From assembly GCA_015065585.1 (NCBI GenBank), contig SVQC01000003.1:1363-65362 (forward strand): a stretch of DNA of 64,000 nucleotides. The letters are read 5' to 3'. The first letter of the stretch is position 1. Each line of letters opens with the position of its first letter. Below the pieces are notes generated by a model that was not told the origin of the DNA, searched no databases, and saw only the letters and a list, made by a program, of their open reading frames with translations. Shown piece after piece: positions 51,603-62,498 of the stretch. The stretch comes from Oscillospiraceae bacterium. Its GTDB lineage: Bacteria > Bacillota > Clostridia > Oscillospirales > Acutalibacteraceae. A program made the translations under genes and the position numbers.

Positions 51603-51618
51603 AATATCTACCTCTTTC

Positions 51619-51969
51619 TTATGCCAGGAATTTATTTATATCAATCTGTTCGCCGTCTGCCCAAGTTCTGTCAAGTCCGTAATATTCACGTGCTTCTCTA
51701 TGGAAAACGTGAATGATTACACTACCGTAGTCAAGCAAAATCCAACTTGAGCCTCTTCCCTCAATATGATGAACGGGATTATTTTTAAGGTCGAGCTGAT
51801 ACTCTACCTCCTCGGCTAAAGCACGAACCTGAGTGCTTGAATTAGCGGTTGCCATAACAAAATAATCAGCTATGACAGTAAGAGAATCAATTTTAACAGC
51901 ATTTATTTCATGCCCTTTTTTAGAGTCAAGAGCTTTAACCGCAACTTCTACAATTTCTAATGGTTCCAT
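51619..51969 (-). CDS. rsfS: Ribosome silencing factor
   Basis: 116 aa matching the RsfS/YbeB/iojap pattern ([34 protein letters not shown]). Confidence 0.92.
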   Translation of the reverse strand: MEPLEIVEVAVKALDSKKGHEINAVKIDSLTVIADYFVMATANSSTQVRALAEEVEYQLDLKNNPVHHIEGRGSSWILLDYGSVIIHVFHREAREYYGLDRTWADGEQIDINKFLA

Positions 51970-51971
51970 TT

Positions 51972-52544
51972 TTACTTACCTTTACAAATTATTTGATTAT
52001 ACGCCGCCAATGTATCGGGGTGTATAGCCATAGTTTTTTGTGACAGAGTCACTATCGTGTGCCTTAAAGCGTACAAAAGAGCGTCGTCAAGATTAGAGAG
52101 CGTCTTTTTACGCAGTATATCAACATCGGGATACGTTCTGTCCTCTGAAGTAAAATCAGCAAGATAAACAATTTTTTCCAGAAGACTCATATCTACCCTG
52201 CCTGTAGTATGATAACGAACAGCGTTTATTATATCATTATCGGTTATACCGAGATTTATCTTTATATAATGAGCAGCGCTTATTGAATGCCATACTTTAG
52301 GCGAAACTTTTTCATAGTCTTTGAGCATTATAGCAGAACTGTCAAAAAATTTCAACTGCCATGCATCATCTTCATTTTTAGTAATATCGTGTAAAAGCCC
52401 TGCAACATAAGCTTTTTCTATATCTTCCGAATAAAGCTTTGCAAGTTCTACTGCTTTTTTCGCCACAGCAAGACTGTGATTAAAACGGTAATCGTCAAGC
52501 TGCTGCCTTATAGCCGAAATATATTCATTGTATTTTTTATCCAT
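51972..52544 (-). CDS. yqeK: HD-domain bis(5'-nucleosyl)-tetraphosphatase YqeK
   Basis: RFNHSLAVA..GLLHDITK HD motif. Position between nadD and rsfS is conserved in Firmicutes. I prefer the in-frame Met 15 codons into the track ORF (MDKKYNEY). Confidence 0.85.
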   Translation of the reverse strand: MDKKYNEYISAIRQQLDDYRFNHSLAVAKKAVELAKLYSEDIEKAYVAGLLHDITKNEDDAWQLKFFDSSAIMLKDYEKVSPKVWHSISAAHYIKINLGITDNDIINAVRYHTTGRVDMSLLEKIVYLADFTSEDRTYPDVDILRKKTLSNLDDALLYALRHTIVTLSQKTMAIHPDTLAAYNQIICKGK

Positions 52545-53127
52545 TTGTATATAAACCTTTTTCTTTAATATAATGAAGTACTTCAACCGGGACTTCTGTT
52601 AAATCCTGCTCATTCCTGACCTTTGTGGATGAAACATCAAGGGTTTCGCATAAAACTTCGGTTATATCGGCACCGCCGTTTCTTAGTGAGTCAAGATACG
52701 CTTTTAATTTATTTTTATCCGTACCTGGACGGTTTATAACGAGAAATGAACACGTTTTTTTAAGTTCTTCATAATTAAACCATGTATTAAGGGTTATTGC
52801 CATATCTCCGCCGCAAACAATAAAAAGCTTATCATTTTTATACTTTTCCTTTAAAGCCTTAACGGTATAAAAAGTATAGCTTTTTTCCTGCCTTTTGATT
52901 TCGAAATCGGAAACTGTCACATTTTTTATCTCACGAGTAGCAATAGAACACATATTGTATCTGTCGATTCCGTCAGCTAAAAAGGTAGTGCTTTTATGAG
53001 GTGGAATATTAGTTGGCATCACTATTACACTATCAATAAATTCAAGTTGGCTGATACACTTTATCATCTTGATATGTTGGCTGTGTATAGGATTAAAAGT
53101 GCCGCCGAAAACAGCAATATTAGCCAT
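52537..53127 (-). CDS. nadD: Nicotinate-nucleotide adenylyltransferase
   Basis: The GGTFNPIHSQH (T/H)xGH-type motif and SSTKVR (ISST-type) motif are present. Confidence 0.93.
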   Translation of the reverse strand: MANIAVFGGTFNPIHSQHIKMIKCISQLEFIDSVIVMPTNIPPHKSTTFLADGIDRYNMCSIATREIKNVTVSDFEIKRQEKSYTFYTVKALKEKYKNDKLFIVCGGDMAITLNTWFNYEELKKTCSFLVINRPGTDKNKLKAYLDSLRNGGADITEVLCETLDVSSTKVRNEQDLTEVPVEVLHYIKEKGLYTNG

Positions 53128-53128
53128 A

Positions 53129-53428
53129 TTATTTTACCAGCTTAATAGGTGTAATATCTTTATTGTCACTGTGTTTATAAAGAATTATTTTTGAACCTAT
53201 TATATGCACTATTTCCGACTCTGTCTGTTCTGCAAGCGAAGCGGCTATATCCTTTATACTTTCCGGCGCGGTAGGATGCACCTTGATTTTTATAAGTTCT
53301 CTTACGTACAACGCCTCGTTAACGGTAGTAACAAGAGCAGGAGAAATACCGCCCTTGCCTACCTGAATTATAGTTTCATAATCATTTGCCATTCCGCGTA
53401 GAAATGCGCGTTGTCTGCTATTTAACAT
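53129..53428 (-). CDS. yhbY: YhbY/CRM-domain RNA-binding protein
   Basis: 99 aa: LNSRQRAFLRGMANDYETIIQVGKGGISPALV..IKIKV. Confidence 0.88.
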   Translation of the reverse strand: MLNSRQRAFLRGMANDYETIIQVGKGGISPALVTTVNEALYVRELIKIKVHPTAPESIKDIAASLAEQTESEIVHIIGSKIILYKHSDNKDITPIKLVK

Positions 53429-54015
53429 AAATATTCCTCTTTCAGTTTCTTAACAAGTTCTTTTAACGCTTTGCCTCTGTGACTTATACTATCCTTGGCT
53501 TCATCACTTATTTCACCGAAGCAACCAAGTTCACTAATAAACAATGGGTCGTAACCAAAACCGTTTATACCGCTTAATTTTTCAGCGATTTTCCCCTCAC
53601 ATTCGCCTCTGACGGTAAATTCTCTTCCATCAGGAAAAACACATGCGACAACACTTACAAATCTTGCGGTACGCTTACTTTCTTCGACACCCTCAAGATT
53701 TTTAAGGAGCTTTTCATTATTTTTAGCATTGTCGGTAGGCGCACCGGCATATCTGGCGGTATAAACCCCCGGCTCTCCGTTCAAAGCATCAACACAAAGG
53801 CCCGAATCATCGGCAACGGTAGGATAACCGGTAGCTTTGCACCCTGCCCTTGCTTTTATAAGAGCATTTTCCTCAAAGGTATCTCCCGTTTCATCGACGT
53901 CATTTAATGGAAAATCAAGTTGTTCTTCACTAATAACCGATATGGAAAGAGGAGAAAGAATTCTTTCAAGTTCCTTTTTCTTGCCCTTATTTTTAGTGGC
54001 TATAAAAAATATCAT
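53422..54015 (-). CDS. rdgB: XTP/dITP diphosphatase (non-canonical purine NTP pyrophosphatase)
   Basis: [47 protein letters not shown]-like and FGYDPLF motifs. Confidence 0.92.
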   Translation of the reverse strand: [197 protein letters not shown]

Positions 54016-54017
54016 AA

Positions 54018-54932
54018 CTACTCCTCTGTATCTATTATTCCTGTGGCAAATTCCACGCTGTCAAAGGGCATAAGGTCATCAACGCTCTCGCCTACACCAA
54101 CAAACTTAACGGGAATATCAAGTTCGTTTTTAATAGCAAGAACTACTCCGCCCCTTGCTGTACCGTCAAGCTTGGTTAGAACTATACCCGTAATATCAGC
54201 GGTATTTTTAAATTCCTTGGCCTGATTAACTGCATTTTGTCCCGTTGTGGCATCAAGAACAAGTAACGTTTCCTTAGCGGCATCGGGCAATTCGCGGTTT
54301 ATAATACGGTAAATCTTATTTAATTCATCCATAAGATTTTTCTTATTGTGAAGGCGTCCCGCAGTATCACAGATAATAACATCTGCGTCTTTTGCCTTAG
54401 CGTGAGCAATAGTATCAAATACTACAGAAGCTGGGTCGGTTCCCTCTTTACCCTTAACTATAGAAACACCTGCGCGCTCAGCCCATATTTCAAGTTGTTC
54501 TATAGCGGCAGCACGGAAGGTATCTGCGGCGCCAAGGACAACCATTTTGCCCTCGCTTTTAAGTTTGGCAGCAATTTTTCCTATTGAAGTGGTTTTGCCA
54601 ACTCCGTTAACACCGATAACAAGTATAATTGACGGCTTGGTATTAAGTTTTAAAGAGGTATCCCCTGCCATTTTTTCACTTATTATTGCTTTTAGCATTT
54701 TTTTTATTTGAGCAGGGTCTTTGACTCCGTCCTTCTTAATTTGACCGCGAAGTTCCTGACAGATTTGCTCTGACGTCACACATCCGATATCCGAAAGGAC
54801 AAGTATTTCCTCAAGTTGTTCGAACAGTTCTTCGTCAATTTTTGTAAAACTGTTAATTACAGAATTAATATTATCCGCAAGTTGTGACCTTGTTTTTGCA
54901 AGGCCGGCTTTAATTTTTCCAAAAAAGCCCAT
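54018..54932 (-). CDS. ftsY: Signal recognition particle receptor FtsY
   Basis: NG domain with GVNGVGKTT, DTAGR and TKLDG motifs. Confidence 0.96.
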   Translation of the reverse strand: MGFFGKIKAGLAKTRSQLADNINSVINSFTKIDEELFEQLEEILVLSDIGCVTSEQICQELRGQIKKDGVKDPAQIKKMLKAIISEKMAGDTSLKLNTKPSIILVIGVNGVGKTTSIGKIAAKLKSEGKMVVLGAADTFRAAAIEQLEIWAERAGVSIVKGKEGTDPASVVFDTIAHAKAKDADVIICDTAGRLHNKKNLMDELNKIYRIINRELPDAAKETLLVLDATTGQNAVNQAKEFKNTADITGIVLTKLDGTARGGVVLAIKNELDIPVKFVGVGESVDDLMPFDSVEFATGIIDTEE

Positions 54933-57900
54933 TATTTATCACCGTTTTCAAGCATTAATCTCTTCTCAAGCTCGTTAACATTAAGCTCAAGAAGTTTTGT
55001 TACGCCCTTTTCCTGCATTGTTACACCGTAAAGCATATCAGCCGCTTCCATAGTGCCTCTTCTATGGGTAACACAGATAAACTGTGTTGTAAAGTCAGGG
55101 CGTTTCATATAATCTGCAACCCTCTCAACATTAATTTCGTCAAGAGCAGTATCAACTTCATCAAGGAAGCAGAAAGGAGGCGCATTTACACGCATAATAG
55201 CAAAGTAAATTGCTAGAGCGATAAGAGCCTTTTCGCCACCCGAAAGACCGTCAAGGCTGGGTACGTTTTTGCCGGGAAGCTTTACTAAAATATCAATTCC
55301 GCTTTCAAGAACGTTATCGGGGTCACTAAGGGCAAGAGCAGCACTACCGCCACCAAAAAGCTCGGTAAAAGTAACAGCAAAATTCTGGCTGATTTTTTCA
55401 AAACCTGCCACAAACAGTTCCTTCATCTGAGCTGTAAGCTGATTAATTAATTTATAAAGTTCGCTTCTGGATTTTTCTACATCATCTATCTGAGCACTCA
55501 TAAAGGTATATCTTTCGTATACCTCTTTATACTCCTCAATAGCCGACACATTAACGTTACCTAAAGCACGTATACCCGACTTAACCTCAGCAAGACTCTT
55601 TTTAGCCTCAACGGGATTTTCAACTGTTATGCCCATATTTTCGGCTTCGGTACGTGTTAGCTGATACTCATCATAAAGCTGACGAATAACGTTGTCATAT
55701 TCCTTGAGCATAACCTCTTTGCGCTCGGTAAGACGAGCAAGCTCGCCACCAATTTTTTCTCGCTCCAAGGTGCGCTCTTTTTCGCTCGAACGGATTTCAG
55801 CGCCCATCTTTTCAATATTTTCACGCTCAGAGGTAAGTCGTACAATTTCGGCTTCGCTATCAGCAATACCGTTTTTATAAGCTTCAATTTGCTCTTTTAT
55901 GGATTCAAGCTTTTTATTAAGGTCAGCTTTAATAAGGTCAATACCACTAAGCTCACCCGTAATAGCCTCCATACGCCTTGAACGATTACCCATTGTGCCG
56001 GCAATAGCGTTTGCGCTGGAGAGAAGATTTTCAATATCCTTGCGTCTATTAAGAATTTCCATCTTAATATCGGTCATAGAATTACCGATTTCCTCACGTT
56101 TTCCCGTAAGGTTTTCTCTGCCGCCGCTGTGGGTATCAATTTCAGCCTGAATAGCCTGTTTTTCGCCGTCCAGCACAGCCATTTCCTTAGCCGCAGCACT
56201 AGCAGTTTCCTTCAAGGCGGCAATCTTTTCATCAGCTGTGGTTTTCTCATTTTTAAGTTCGCTTACAGACTGAGCTACAGAGTTTCTTATGTCGTCAACT
56301 CTCTTAAGCTCACCGAGCACTCTGATTTTATCTTCATTAGCAGTTGCAAGGGTGGCTTTTGCAGCAATAATATCAGCCTCTGCTTTAACAACCTCGCTCA
56401 TAAGACTTTCAAGCTCAGCCTCTTTTATTTTAAGCTTAGCCCCAAGCTTTTCGGTTTCATCACTTAATCTTCTTATATCACTTGCGCGGCTTAAAATACC
56501 GGCATTCTTAATAAGAGAACCACCGGTAAGCGAACCGCCGGAATTTACGACCTGACCGTCAAGAGAAACGGTTTTAAAGCGGTAAGAGAATTTCTTTGAA
56601 ATGGCAACAGCGCTGTCAAGGTCTTCGCACACGACAGTATTGCCGAGTAAATATTTTATTATTTCTCTATATTTACCGTCACATTCTATAAGTTCCGGAG
56701 CAAGACCTACGTAGCCATACATATCCTCATATCCGCTCTCTTTAAATTCTCTTGATTTAATAGAGCTTATAGGTAAGAAGGTTGCCCTGCCCAAGCCGTT
56801 TGATTTAAGCATTTCAATAGCGCGTTTTGCGTCGTTTTCACTGTCACAAACAATCTGCTGAATAGTAGCACCAAGGGCAGTTTCTATAGCAACAGAAAAC
56901 TCTTTATCAACCTTTATAATGGAAGAAACCGGTCCGTGAATTCCACGGATAGTACCGGTTTTAGAAGCATTCATAACCTCTTTTACGGAATTTTGGAAGC
57001 CTTCAAGGTTTTTCTCAAGTTCACCTAAAATCTGTACTCGTCTGAGCTTTGCCTCTTTGTCAAGACGAAGCTTCTCGCATTCTTCTTTGCAAACCTCATA
57101 CTTTTCTTTTCTTGAATTGTATTTAAGCTCGTATCCGCCCAGAGCATTGGTACACTCAGTAACGGTTTCTTCGGTCTTTTTAAGAAATTCTTCATTATCG
57201 GAAAACTCCTTATCAAGACCACTTAGCTGAGCTTCTTTTTCCTTTAAAACGTCATCGATATTTGCAGTTCTCGTTTCAATTTCTGCAATACTGCTTTCAG
57301 CGGTCATCATAGAAATCCTTAAATCACCGCTTTTAACCGATACGCCGTTAAGCTTTTTAACAAGCTCTTCTATGTTTCGAGAAATGCTTTCGCTCATCTC
57401 AAGCATATCGCTGAGTTCTTTCTCCAGAGCAGAAAGTTTTTCTTCAAATTCCTTTATTTCAGTTTCGGTTTCGGCAACAATCTTCTTTTTATTTTCAATT
57501 TCGTCCATAGCCGAAAGGTCACTTATTTTTAGTTCCTCACGCTCAGCCACAAGTCTTGCGATGGTTTGGTCATTATGTTCTATATCACGCATTACTACCG
57601 AAATTTCACCGTTAGCCATGGCTATTTCTTCGTTTTTGGTGGCAATTTCGTTTCTAAGCTGTTCAAGAGCTGTGGTAAGTAAGGCAAAATCACGGGTGTT
57701 TTTTTCGTTTTCGGCATCGAAACTCTGCAGTTTTTCGTCAATTTCCTTATACTGCATCGTGGCTATGGCTATTTTATTTTCCTGCTCACGTAAAGCCTGT
57801 TTTGAATTACCAAGGGTATGAAGCCACAATCCAATTTCAAGATTCTTCTTTTCTTCGGCAAGAGCTAAGAATTTTTCTGCCTTTTTGCTCTGCTGTTCAA

Positions 57901-58513
57901 GGGGACCGACACGGCTTTCAAGCTCGTTCATTATGTCCTTTAATCGAAGAAGATTTTCCTCGGCAGCAGTTAATTTTCTTTCAGCCTCAATCTTTCTGTA
58001 GCGGTATTTAGAAATACCCGAGGCTTCTTCAAAAATATCACGTCTTTCTCCCGATTTTGAACTAATAATAGTGTCAATTTTACCCTGACCTATCATAGAG
58101 TAACCGTCTCTGCCCAGACCGGTATCCATAAACAGCTCGTTAACGTCTTTCAGGCGCACCGAAACATTGTTTATGAGGTACTCGCTTTCGTGAGAACGGT
58201 AATAACGGCGGGTAATTGAAACGCTGTCATTATCAAAATTAAGGGTTCTGTCACTATTATCTATATTAAGGGTAACCTCGCAAAAACCGTGGGGACGTCG
58301 GGAAGCAGTACCTGAAAATATAACATCTTCCATAGACTGTCCGCGCAGACTCTTGGTTGACTGTTCACCAAGAACCCAACGTACAGCATCGGATATGTTA
58401 CTTTTACCGCTACCATTTGGCCCTACAACAGCAGTAATACCCGTCCCGAATTTCAGAACGGTTTTGTCTGCAAAAGATTTAAAGCCCTGCACCACTATTG
58501 AACGAAGCAACAT
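54932..58513 (-). CDS. smc: Chromosome segregation protein SMC
   Basis: 1193 aa with N-terminal Walker A GPNGSGKSN, long coiled coils, a hinge, and C-terminal LSGGEKAL plus Walker B FCFLDEVD. Confidence 0.97.
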   Translation of the reverse strand: MLLRSIVVQGFKSFADKTVLKFGTGITAVVGPNGSGKSNISDAVRWVLGEQSTKSLRGQSMEDVIFSGTASRRPHGFCEVTLNIDNSDRTLNFDNDSVSITRRYYRSHESEYLINNVSVRLKDVNELFMDTGLGRDGYSMIGQGKIDTIISSKSGERRDIFEEASGISKYRYRKIEAERKLTAAEENLLRLKDIMNELESRVGPLEQQSKKAEKFLALAEEKKNLEIGLWLHTLGNSKQALREQENKIAIATMQYKEIDEKLQSFDAENEKNTRDFALLTTALEQLRNEIATKNEEIAMANGEISVVMRDIEHNDQTIARLVAEREELKISDLSAMDEIENKKKIVAETETEIKEFEEKLSALEKELSDMLEMSESISRNIEELVKKLNGVSVKSGDLRISMMTAESSIAEIETRTANIDDVLKEKEAQLSGLDKEFSDNEEFLKKTEETVTECTNALGGYELKYNSRKEKYEVCKEECEKLRLDKEAKLRRVQILGELEKNLEGFQNSVKEVMNASKTGTIRGIHGPVSSIIKVDKEFSVAIETALGATIQQIVCDSENDAKRAIEMLKSNGLGRATFLPISSIKSREFKESGYEDMYGYVGLAPELIECDGKYREIIKYLLGNTVVCEDLDSAVAISKKFSYRFKTVSLDGQVVNSGGSLTGGSLIKNAGILSRASDIRRLSDETEKLGAKLKIKEAELESLMSEVVKAEADIIAAKATLATANEDKIRVLGELKRVDDIRNSVAQSVSELKNEKTTADEKIAALKETASAAAKEMAVLDGEKQAIQAEIDTHSGGRENLTGKREEIGNSMTDIKMEILNRRKDIENLLSSANAIAGTMGNRSRRMEAITGELSGIDLIKADLNKKLESIKEQIEAYKNGIADSEAEIVRLTSERENIEKMGAEIRSSEKERTLEREKIGGELARLTERKEVMLKEYDNVIRQLYDEYQLTRTEAENMGITVENPVEAKKSLAEVKSGIRALGNVNVSAIEEYKEVYERYTFMSAQIDDVEKSRSELYKLINQLTAQMKELFVAGFEKISQNFAVTFTELFGGGSAALALSDPDNVLESGIDILVKLPGKNVPSLDGLSGGEKALIALAIYFAIMRVNAPPFCFLDEVDTALDEINVERVADYMKRPDFTTQFICVTHRRGTMEAADMLYGVTMQEKGVTKLLELNVNELEKRLMLENGDK

Positions 58514-58515
58514 AC

Positions 58516-59517
58516 TTATTTCACATCCCTTTCTAAAATAAATTTACCGACAGGAATATTCTCCTCTCCGATAAATTTAAGGATATATCCCATATTTTTA
58601 AAATTTATAACATTAATTTTTTTCTGTCCCACAAAGGTGGAAATTTCTGATTTATTGACCTTTACGGTATATTTTCCTGTATTTAAACAAGATAATTTTT
58701 CTTTTAATTTTTCAGCATATATAGACGATAAACAAAGCTGACTGAAAGCAGGATGCCAAGGGCCTGCAACGTAATCGTCCTTATCAATCTGATGAAGACC
58801 GAGTCTTATTACCTTTATGCCGTTTTTTGTAAATTCGTTATAATACCGGCAACAAGTCTCAACACTCTCATTAACACTTTGCGGATTATATTTGCCCTGC
58901 TTATAAAGAAAAGCAAGATAAGTATTTTTAAGTACAACGGTAGGATAAATCCGCACGGTATCAGGAGTAAGCTCAATAAACTTTTTAACGGTTTCCATAT
59001 CACTCTGTATTGTGGCTTTATATAGCCCTGTCATCATCTGTAGACCGAGAGAAAAACCGTGTTCTTTTATAAGCAAAGAGGCATTTTCAATATCACTTAA
59101 GCTGTGTCCTCGATTATTGGCGTCAAGCACCATTTCGTCGGTACTTTGAGCACCCAATTCTATGGAGGTTACACCGTATTTTTTTAGTATAAGAAGCACA
59201 TCTTTATCAATAGCATCAGGGCGGGTTGAAATTCTTATTCCCTTTACGGTTTTATTCTTAACATAAGGATATGCAAAGGACAAAAGTTCTTCCATAACGC
59301 TTCTGTCAATGGCCGTAAAGCTACCGCCAAAAAAAGCTATTTCGGTATTTTTCGCATCATATCTAGCACTTTGTGTAGCAATTTTCACAGCCGAGACAAT
59401 ATCCTCTTTTGTGGGAATCCCCACACTCCCAGTTATCGAGTTTTGATTACAAAAACTACAACGATTTTTACAGCCCAAATGAGGCACAAAAAAGGAAATA
59501 TTAGAATGCGCACCCAT
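58516..59517 (-). CDS. Radical SAM protein (ELP3/HemN-like family), function unknown
   Basis: CKNRCSFC is a CxxxCxxC cluster motif near the N-terminus, with a TIM-like radical SAM core. It is packed tightly between rnc and smc. Confidence 0.8.
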   Translation of the reverse strand: MGAHSNISFFVPHLGCKNRCSFCNQNSITGSVGIPTKEDIVSAVKIATQSARYDAKNTEIAFFGGSFTAIDRSVMEELLSFAYPYVKNKTVKGIRISTRPDAIDKDVLLILKKYGVTSIELGAQSTDEMVLDANNRGHSLSDIENASLLIKEHGFSLGLQMMTGLYKATIQSDMETVKKFIELTPDTVRIYPTVVLKNTYLAFLYKQGKYNPQSVNESVETCCRYYNEFTKNGIKVIRLGLHQIDKDDYVAGPWHPAFSQLCLSSIYAEKLKEKLSCLNTGKYTVKVNKSEISTFVGQKKINVINFKNMGYILKFIGEENIPVGKFILERDVK

Positions 59518-60197
59518 TACTGTTCAATTCCCATAAGCTTTAGCGCATCCTTTGCCGCCATTTGCTCAGCGCTTTTTTTGGTTTTACCAGTACCGCTGCC
59601 TATAACATTAGAATTAAGCATAACATCTACGGTAAAGGATTTATTATGGTCGGGACCGCTTTCCCCTGTTAAAACATAGGAAAGGCGCTCCTCGGGATTA
59701 CGCTGTATTACTTCCTGAAGAGTAGTTTTGTAGTCATGAAAAGCCTCGTCCTCTGTATGAGATAATTCTTCAGTAATAAAACGAAGAACATGTTGTCTGG
59801 CTATTTCCATTCCGTCGTCAAGATAGATTGCCGCCAGAACCGCCTCAAAAGCGTCAGCTAAAATAGAGTTTCTTTCCCTGCCCCCGTTTTGTTCTTCCCC
59901 TTTGCCGAGTAAGAGAAATTCTCCTATTTCAAGCTGTCTGGAGAATTGACAAAGTGATTTTTCACAAACGAGAGAGGCTCTAAGCTTAGTAAGCTCTCCC
60001 TCAGGCTTATCCGAAAAATATTTATAAAGATAATCTGCAACAATTATAGACAAAACAGCGTCGCCTAAAAATTCAAGTCTTTCATTTGAACCGTATTTTA
60101 AGTGCTTTTCATTTGCATAAGAAGAATGACTCAAAGCATTTAAAAGAAGCTGCTTGTCCTTAAAAGTATATTTCAGATTGTTTTCTAATCTTTTCAT
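59517..60197 (-). CDS. rnc: Ribonuclease III
   Basis: Signature NERLEFLGDAV and a C-terminal dsRBD. I prefer the ATG at 60197 after GAGGAG. The ORF track extends to 60218, inside plsX. Confidence 0.94.
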   Translation of the reverse strand: MKRLENNLKYTFKDKQLLLNALSHSSYANEKHLKYGSNERLEFLGDAVLSIIVADYLYKYFSDKPEGELTKLRASLVCEKSLCQFSRQLEIGEFLLLGKGEEQNGGRERNSILADAFEAVLAAIYLDDGMEIARQHVLRFITEELSHTEDEAFHDYKTTLQEVIQRNPEERLSYVLTGESGPDHNKSFTVDVMLNSNVIGSGTGKTKKSAEQMAAKDALKLMGIEQ

Positions 60198-60198
60198 T

Positions 60199-61194
60199 TT
60201 ACTCCTCGATTGCTTCAAGGCCCTGACTTATACTGTCAATAACCTTTCCATCGTAAAAATATTTTGCCTGCCTTATGGCATTTTTAATTGCCTTAGCATC
60301 AGAGTTGCCATGAGCTTTAATTACCGGCTGTTTAACTCCGAGTAAGAGAGCTCCTCCTACCTCTGAACTGTCCATCATACTCTTCAAGGAATATAAATCC
60401 TTTTTAAGAACAAGAGCGGCAAGTATATTAATAATATTCTTATAAAGTACACCCTTAACCATCTTAAAGAAAGTCGTAGCAGTACCTTCAATAAGCTTTA
60501 AAGCGATATTACCCGTAAAACCGTCGGTAATTACAGCATCAACCACGCCTTTTGGCATTTCTCTGGATTCAATATTACCCACGAAATTAATTGGAGCCTT
60601 AGCCATAAGCTTATATGCCTCTTGCTGAAGCTCACCGCCTTTGGAATCCTCGCTACCGATATTAAGCAAGGCTATTTTAGGATTGCTTATACCTTCAACA
60701 CGCTTTAAATATGAATTTGCCATAACAGCAAACTGCTGAAGCATTTCGGGTCGGCACTCGGCATTAGCACCCATATCCATAAGCATATAAGGTGAATTGG
60801 GGGACGGAATCATAGAGGCAAGAGCAGGTCTTTTAATACCTTTTATGCGCTTAACTATTAAAGTACCACCAACAACTATAGCGCCCGTACTTCCCGCAGA
60901 TACAAATGCATCAGCCTCGCCCTCAGCAAGCTTTCTAAAGGCAACTGCCATAGAAGATTCTTTGTGTGTTTTCAAAAGAGTGGTAGGTTCATCGTGCATA
61001 GAAATAACATCATCGGTATGCACGATTTCAAGGTCTGAAAATTCAACATTGTGCTCTTTGATATAATTGCGGATAATTTCCTCATTCCCCGTCAGCATTA
61101 TACTAACGCCTAATTCCTTTTGAGCAAGAGCCGCGCCCTCTATCGGTGCGGCAGGCGCGAAATCTCCGCCGAAAGCATCAATTACAACTTTCAT
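60199..61194 (-). CDS. plsX: Phosphate acyltransferase PlsX
   Basis: MKVVIDAFGGDFAP and KAHGNSDAKAI motifs. Confidence 0.95.
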   Translation of the reverse strand: MKVVIDAFGGDFAPAAPIEGAALAQKELGVSIMLTGNEEIIRNYIKEHNVEFSDLEIVHTDDVISMHDEPTTLLKTHKESSMAVAFRKLAEGEADAFVSAGSTGAIVVGGTLIVKRIKGIKRPALASMIPSPNSPYMLMDMGANAECRPEMLQQFAVMANSYLKRVEGISNPKIALLNIGSEDSKGGELQQEAYKLMAKAPINFVGNIESREMPKGVVDAVITDGFTGNIALKLIEGTATTFFKMVKGVLYKNIINILAALVLKKDLYSLKSMMDSSEVGGALLLGVKQPVIKAHGNSDAKAIKNAIRQAKYFYDGKVIDSISQGLEAIEE

Positions 61195-61196
61195 TT

Positions 61197-62498
61197 TTAT
61201 CTCTCCTTACAGAACCAATTAAGGCTTCTTTGTGCAAGGGCGGCATACCGCTCTCTTTTGTCCCTTATATGTTCATCAAGGGACGGCAATACGCCGAAAT
61301 TTGCCCCCATAGGCTGTAAATTAACAACCGTTTCATCCGTAATATAATTAATAAGTGCCCCTGTCATTGTAAAATCAGGCAAAATAAATTCCGTTTTCCC
61401 TTCAATTCTGGAAATAACATTTTTACCTGCAACAATACCGCTTGCCGCAGATTCCATATACCCCTCTACACCCGTAATCTGTCCCGCAAAAAATAAATTT
61501 CTATTTTTTCTAAGACTCATATCTTTATTAAGGAGTTTAGCGGAATTAATAAAGGTATTTCTATGCATAACGCCATATCTTATAAACTCGGCATTTTGGA
61601 GTCCTGGAATTAGTGAAAATACTCTTTTTTGTTCGCCAAATTTTAGATTAGTCTGAAAACCAACGATGTTATAAAGCGAACCCTCGGCATTTTCTTTTCG
61701 AAGTTGCACAACTGCCCACGGTCTTCTGTCTGTAGCCGGGTCTTTAAGTCCTACAGGCTTCATAGGACCAAAGCGTATAGAATCAACTCCTCTTTTAGCA
61801 AGTACCTCTATTGGCATACAGCCCTCATAAACAGTCAGCGGTTTATCAAATTCCTTTAAAGGTGCGCTTTCGGCATTTATAAGCTCGTTATAAAACAACT
61901 CATATTCTTCTTTATTAAGCGGACAATTGATATAATCGTCTCCGCCTTTGCCGTACCGCGCGGCAAAGAAGGCTTTTGACATATCTATACTTTCTTTTGT
62001 CACTATAGGTGCGGCAGCGTCATAGAAGCTTAAATTTTCCTGATTGCAATAATCGCCAATTGCCTCTGCCAATTTTTCATCGGTAAGAGGTCCGGTTGCA
62101 ATTACACTCAAACCGTCTTCATCTATATTGTCAATCTTTTCGCAAACCACTTCTATATTTTCATAATTCTTGATTTTCTCAGTTATATAAGACGAAAACC
62201 TATCTCTGTCTACAGCTAACGCGCCGCCTGCGGCAACAGAAGAAGCATCCGCTGCCATAAGTGAGATTGAACCCATTCTTCGCATTTCTTCCTTTAGAAG
62301 ACCTGCGGCAGAATCAATACGGGCAGCTTTAAGTGAATTTGAGCAAACAAGTTCGGCAAACATATCGCTTTTATGAGCAGGACTTTTAAAAAGAGGTTTC
62401 ATTTCATAAAGTTTTACTTTATATCCTGCATTAGCAATCTGCCAAGCCGCTTCACAGCCTGCAAGACCTGCGCCGATAACCTTAATACTATTTTTCAT
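61197..62498 (-). CDS. trmFO: Methylenetetrahydrofolate--tRNA-(uracil54-C5)-methyltransferase TrmFO
   Basis: FAD motif [14 protein letters not shown] and the GID family core. I prefer the ATG at 62498 (MKNSIKV), which overlaps the topA stop. Confidence 0.93.
   Translation of the reverse strand: MKNSIKVIGAGLAGCEAAWQIANAGYKVKLYEMKPLFKSPAHKSDMFAELVCSNSLKAARIDSAAGLLKEEMRRMGSISLMAADASSVAAGGALAVDRDRFSSYITEKIKNYENIEVVCEKIDNIDEDGLSVIATGPLTDEKLAEAIGDYCNQENLSFYDAAAPIVTKESIDMSKAFFAARYGKGGDDYINCPLNKEEYELFYNELINAESAPLKEFDKPLTVYEGCMPIEVLAKRGVDSIRFGPMKPVGLKDPATDRRPWAVVQLRKENAEGSLYNIVGFQTNLKFGEQKRVFSLIPGLQNAEFIRYGVMHRNTFINSAKLLNKDMSLRKNRNLFFAGQITGVEGYMESAASGIVAGKNVISRIEGKTEFILPDFTMTGALINYITDETVVNLQPMGANFGVLPSLDEHIRDKRERYAALAQRSLNWFCKER

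Noticed and set aside
52537-52590. Apparent off-by-one between my hand count of a T-run near 52557-52562 and the ORF-track frames of nadD and yqeK. I considered this as a possible frameshift.
   Set aside because: Both ORF-track translations are continuous and conserved through this point. The discrepancy is most likely my own miscount of a homopolymer, so I used ORF-track-derived coordinates.
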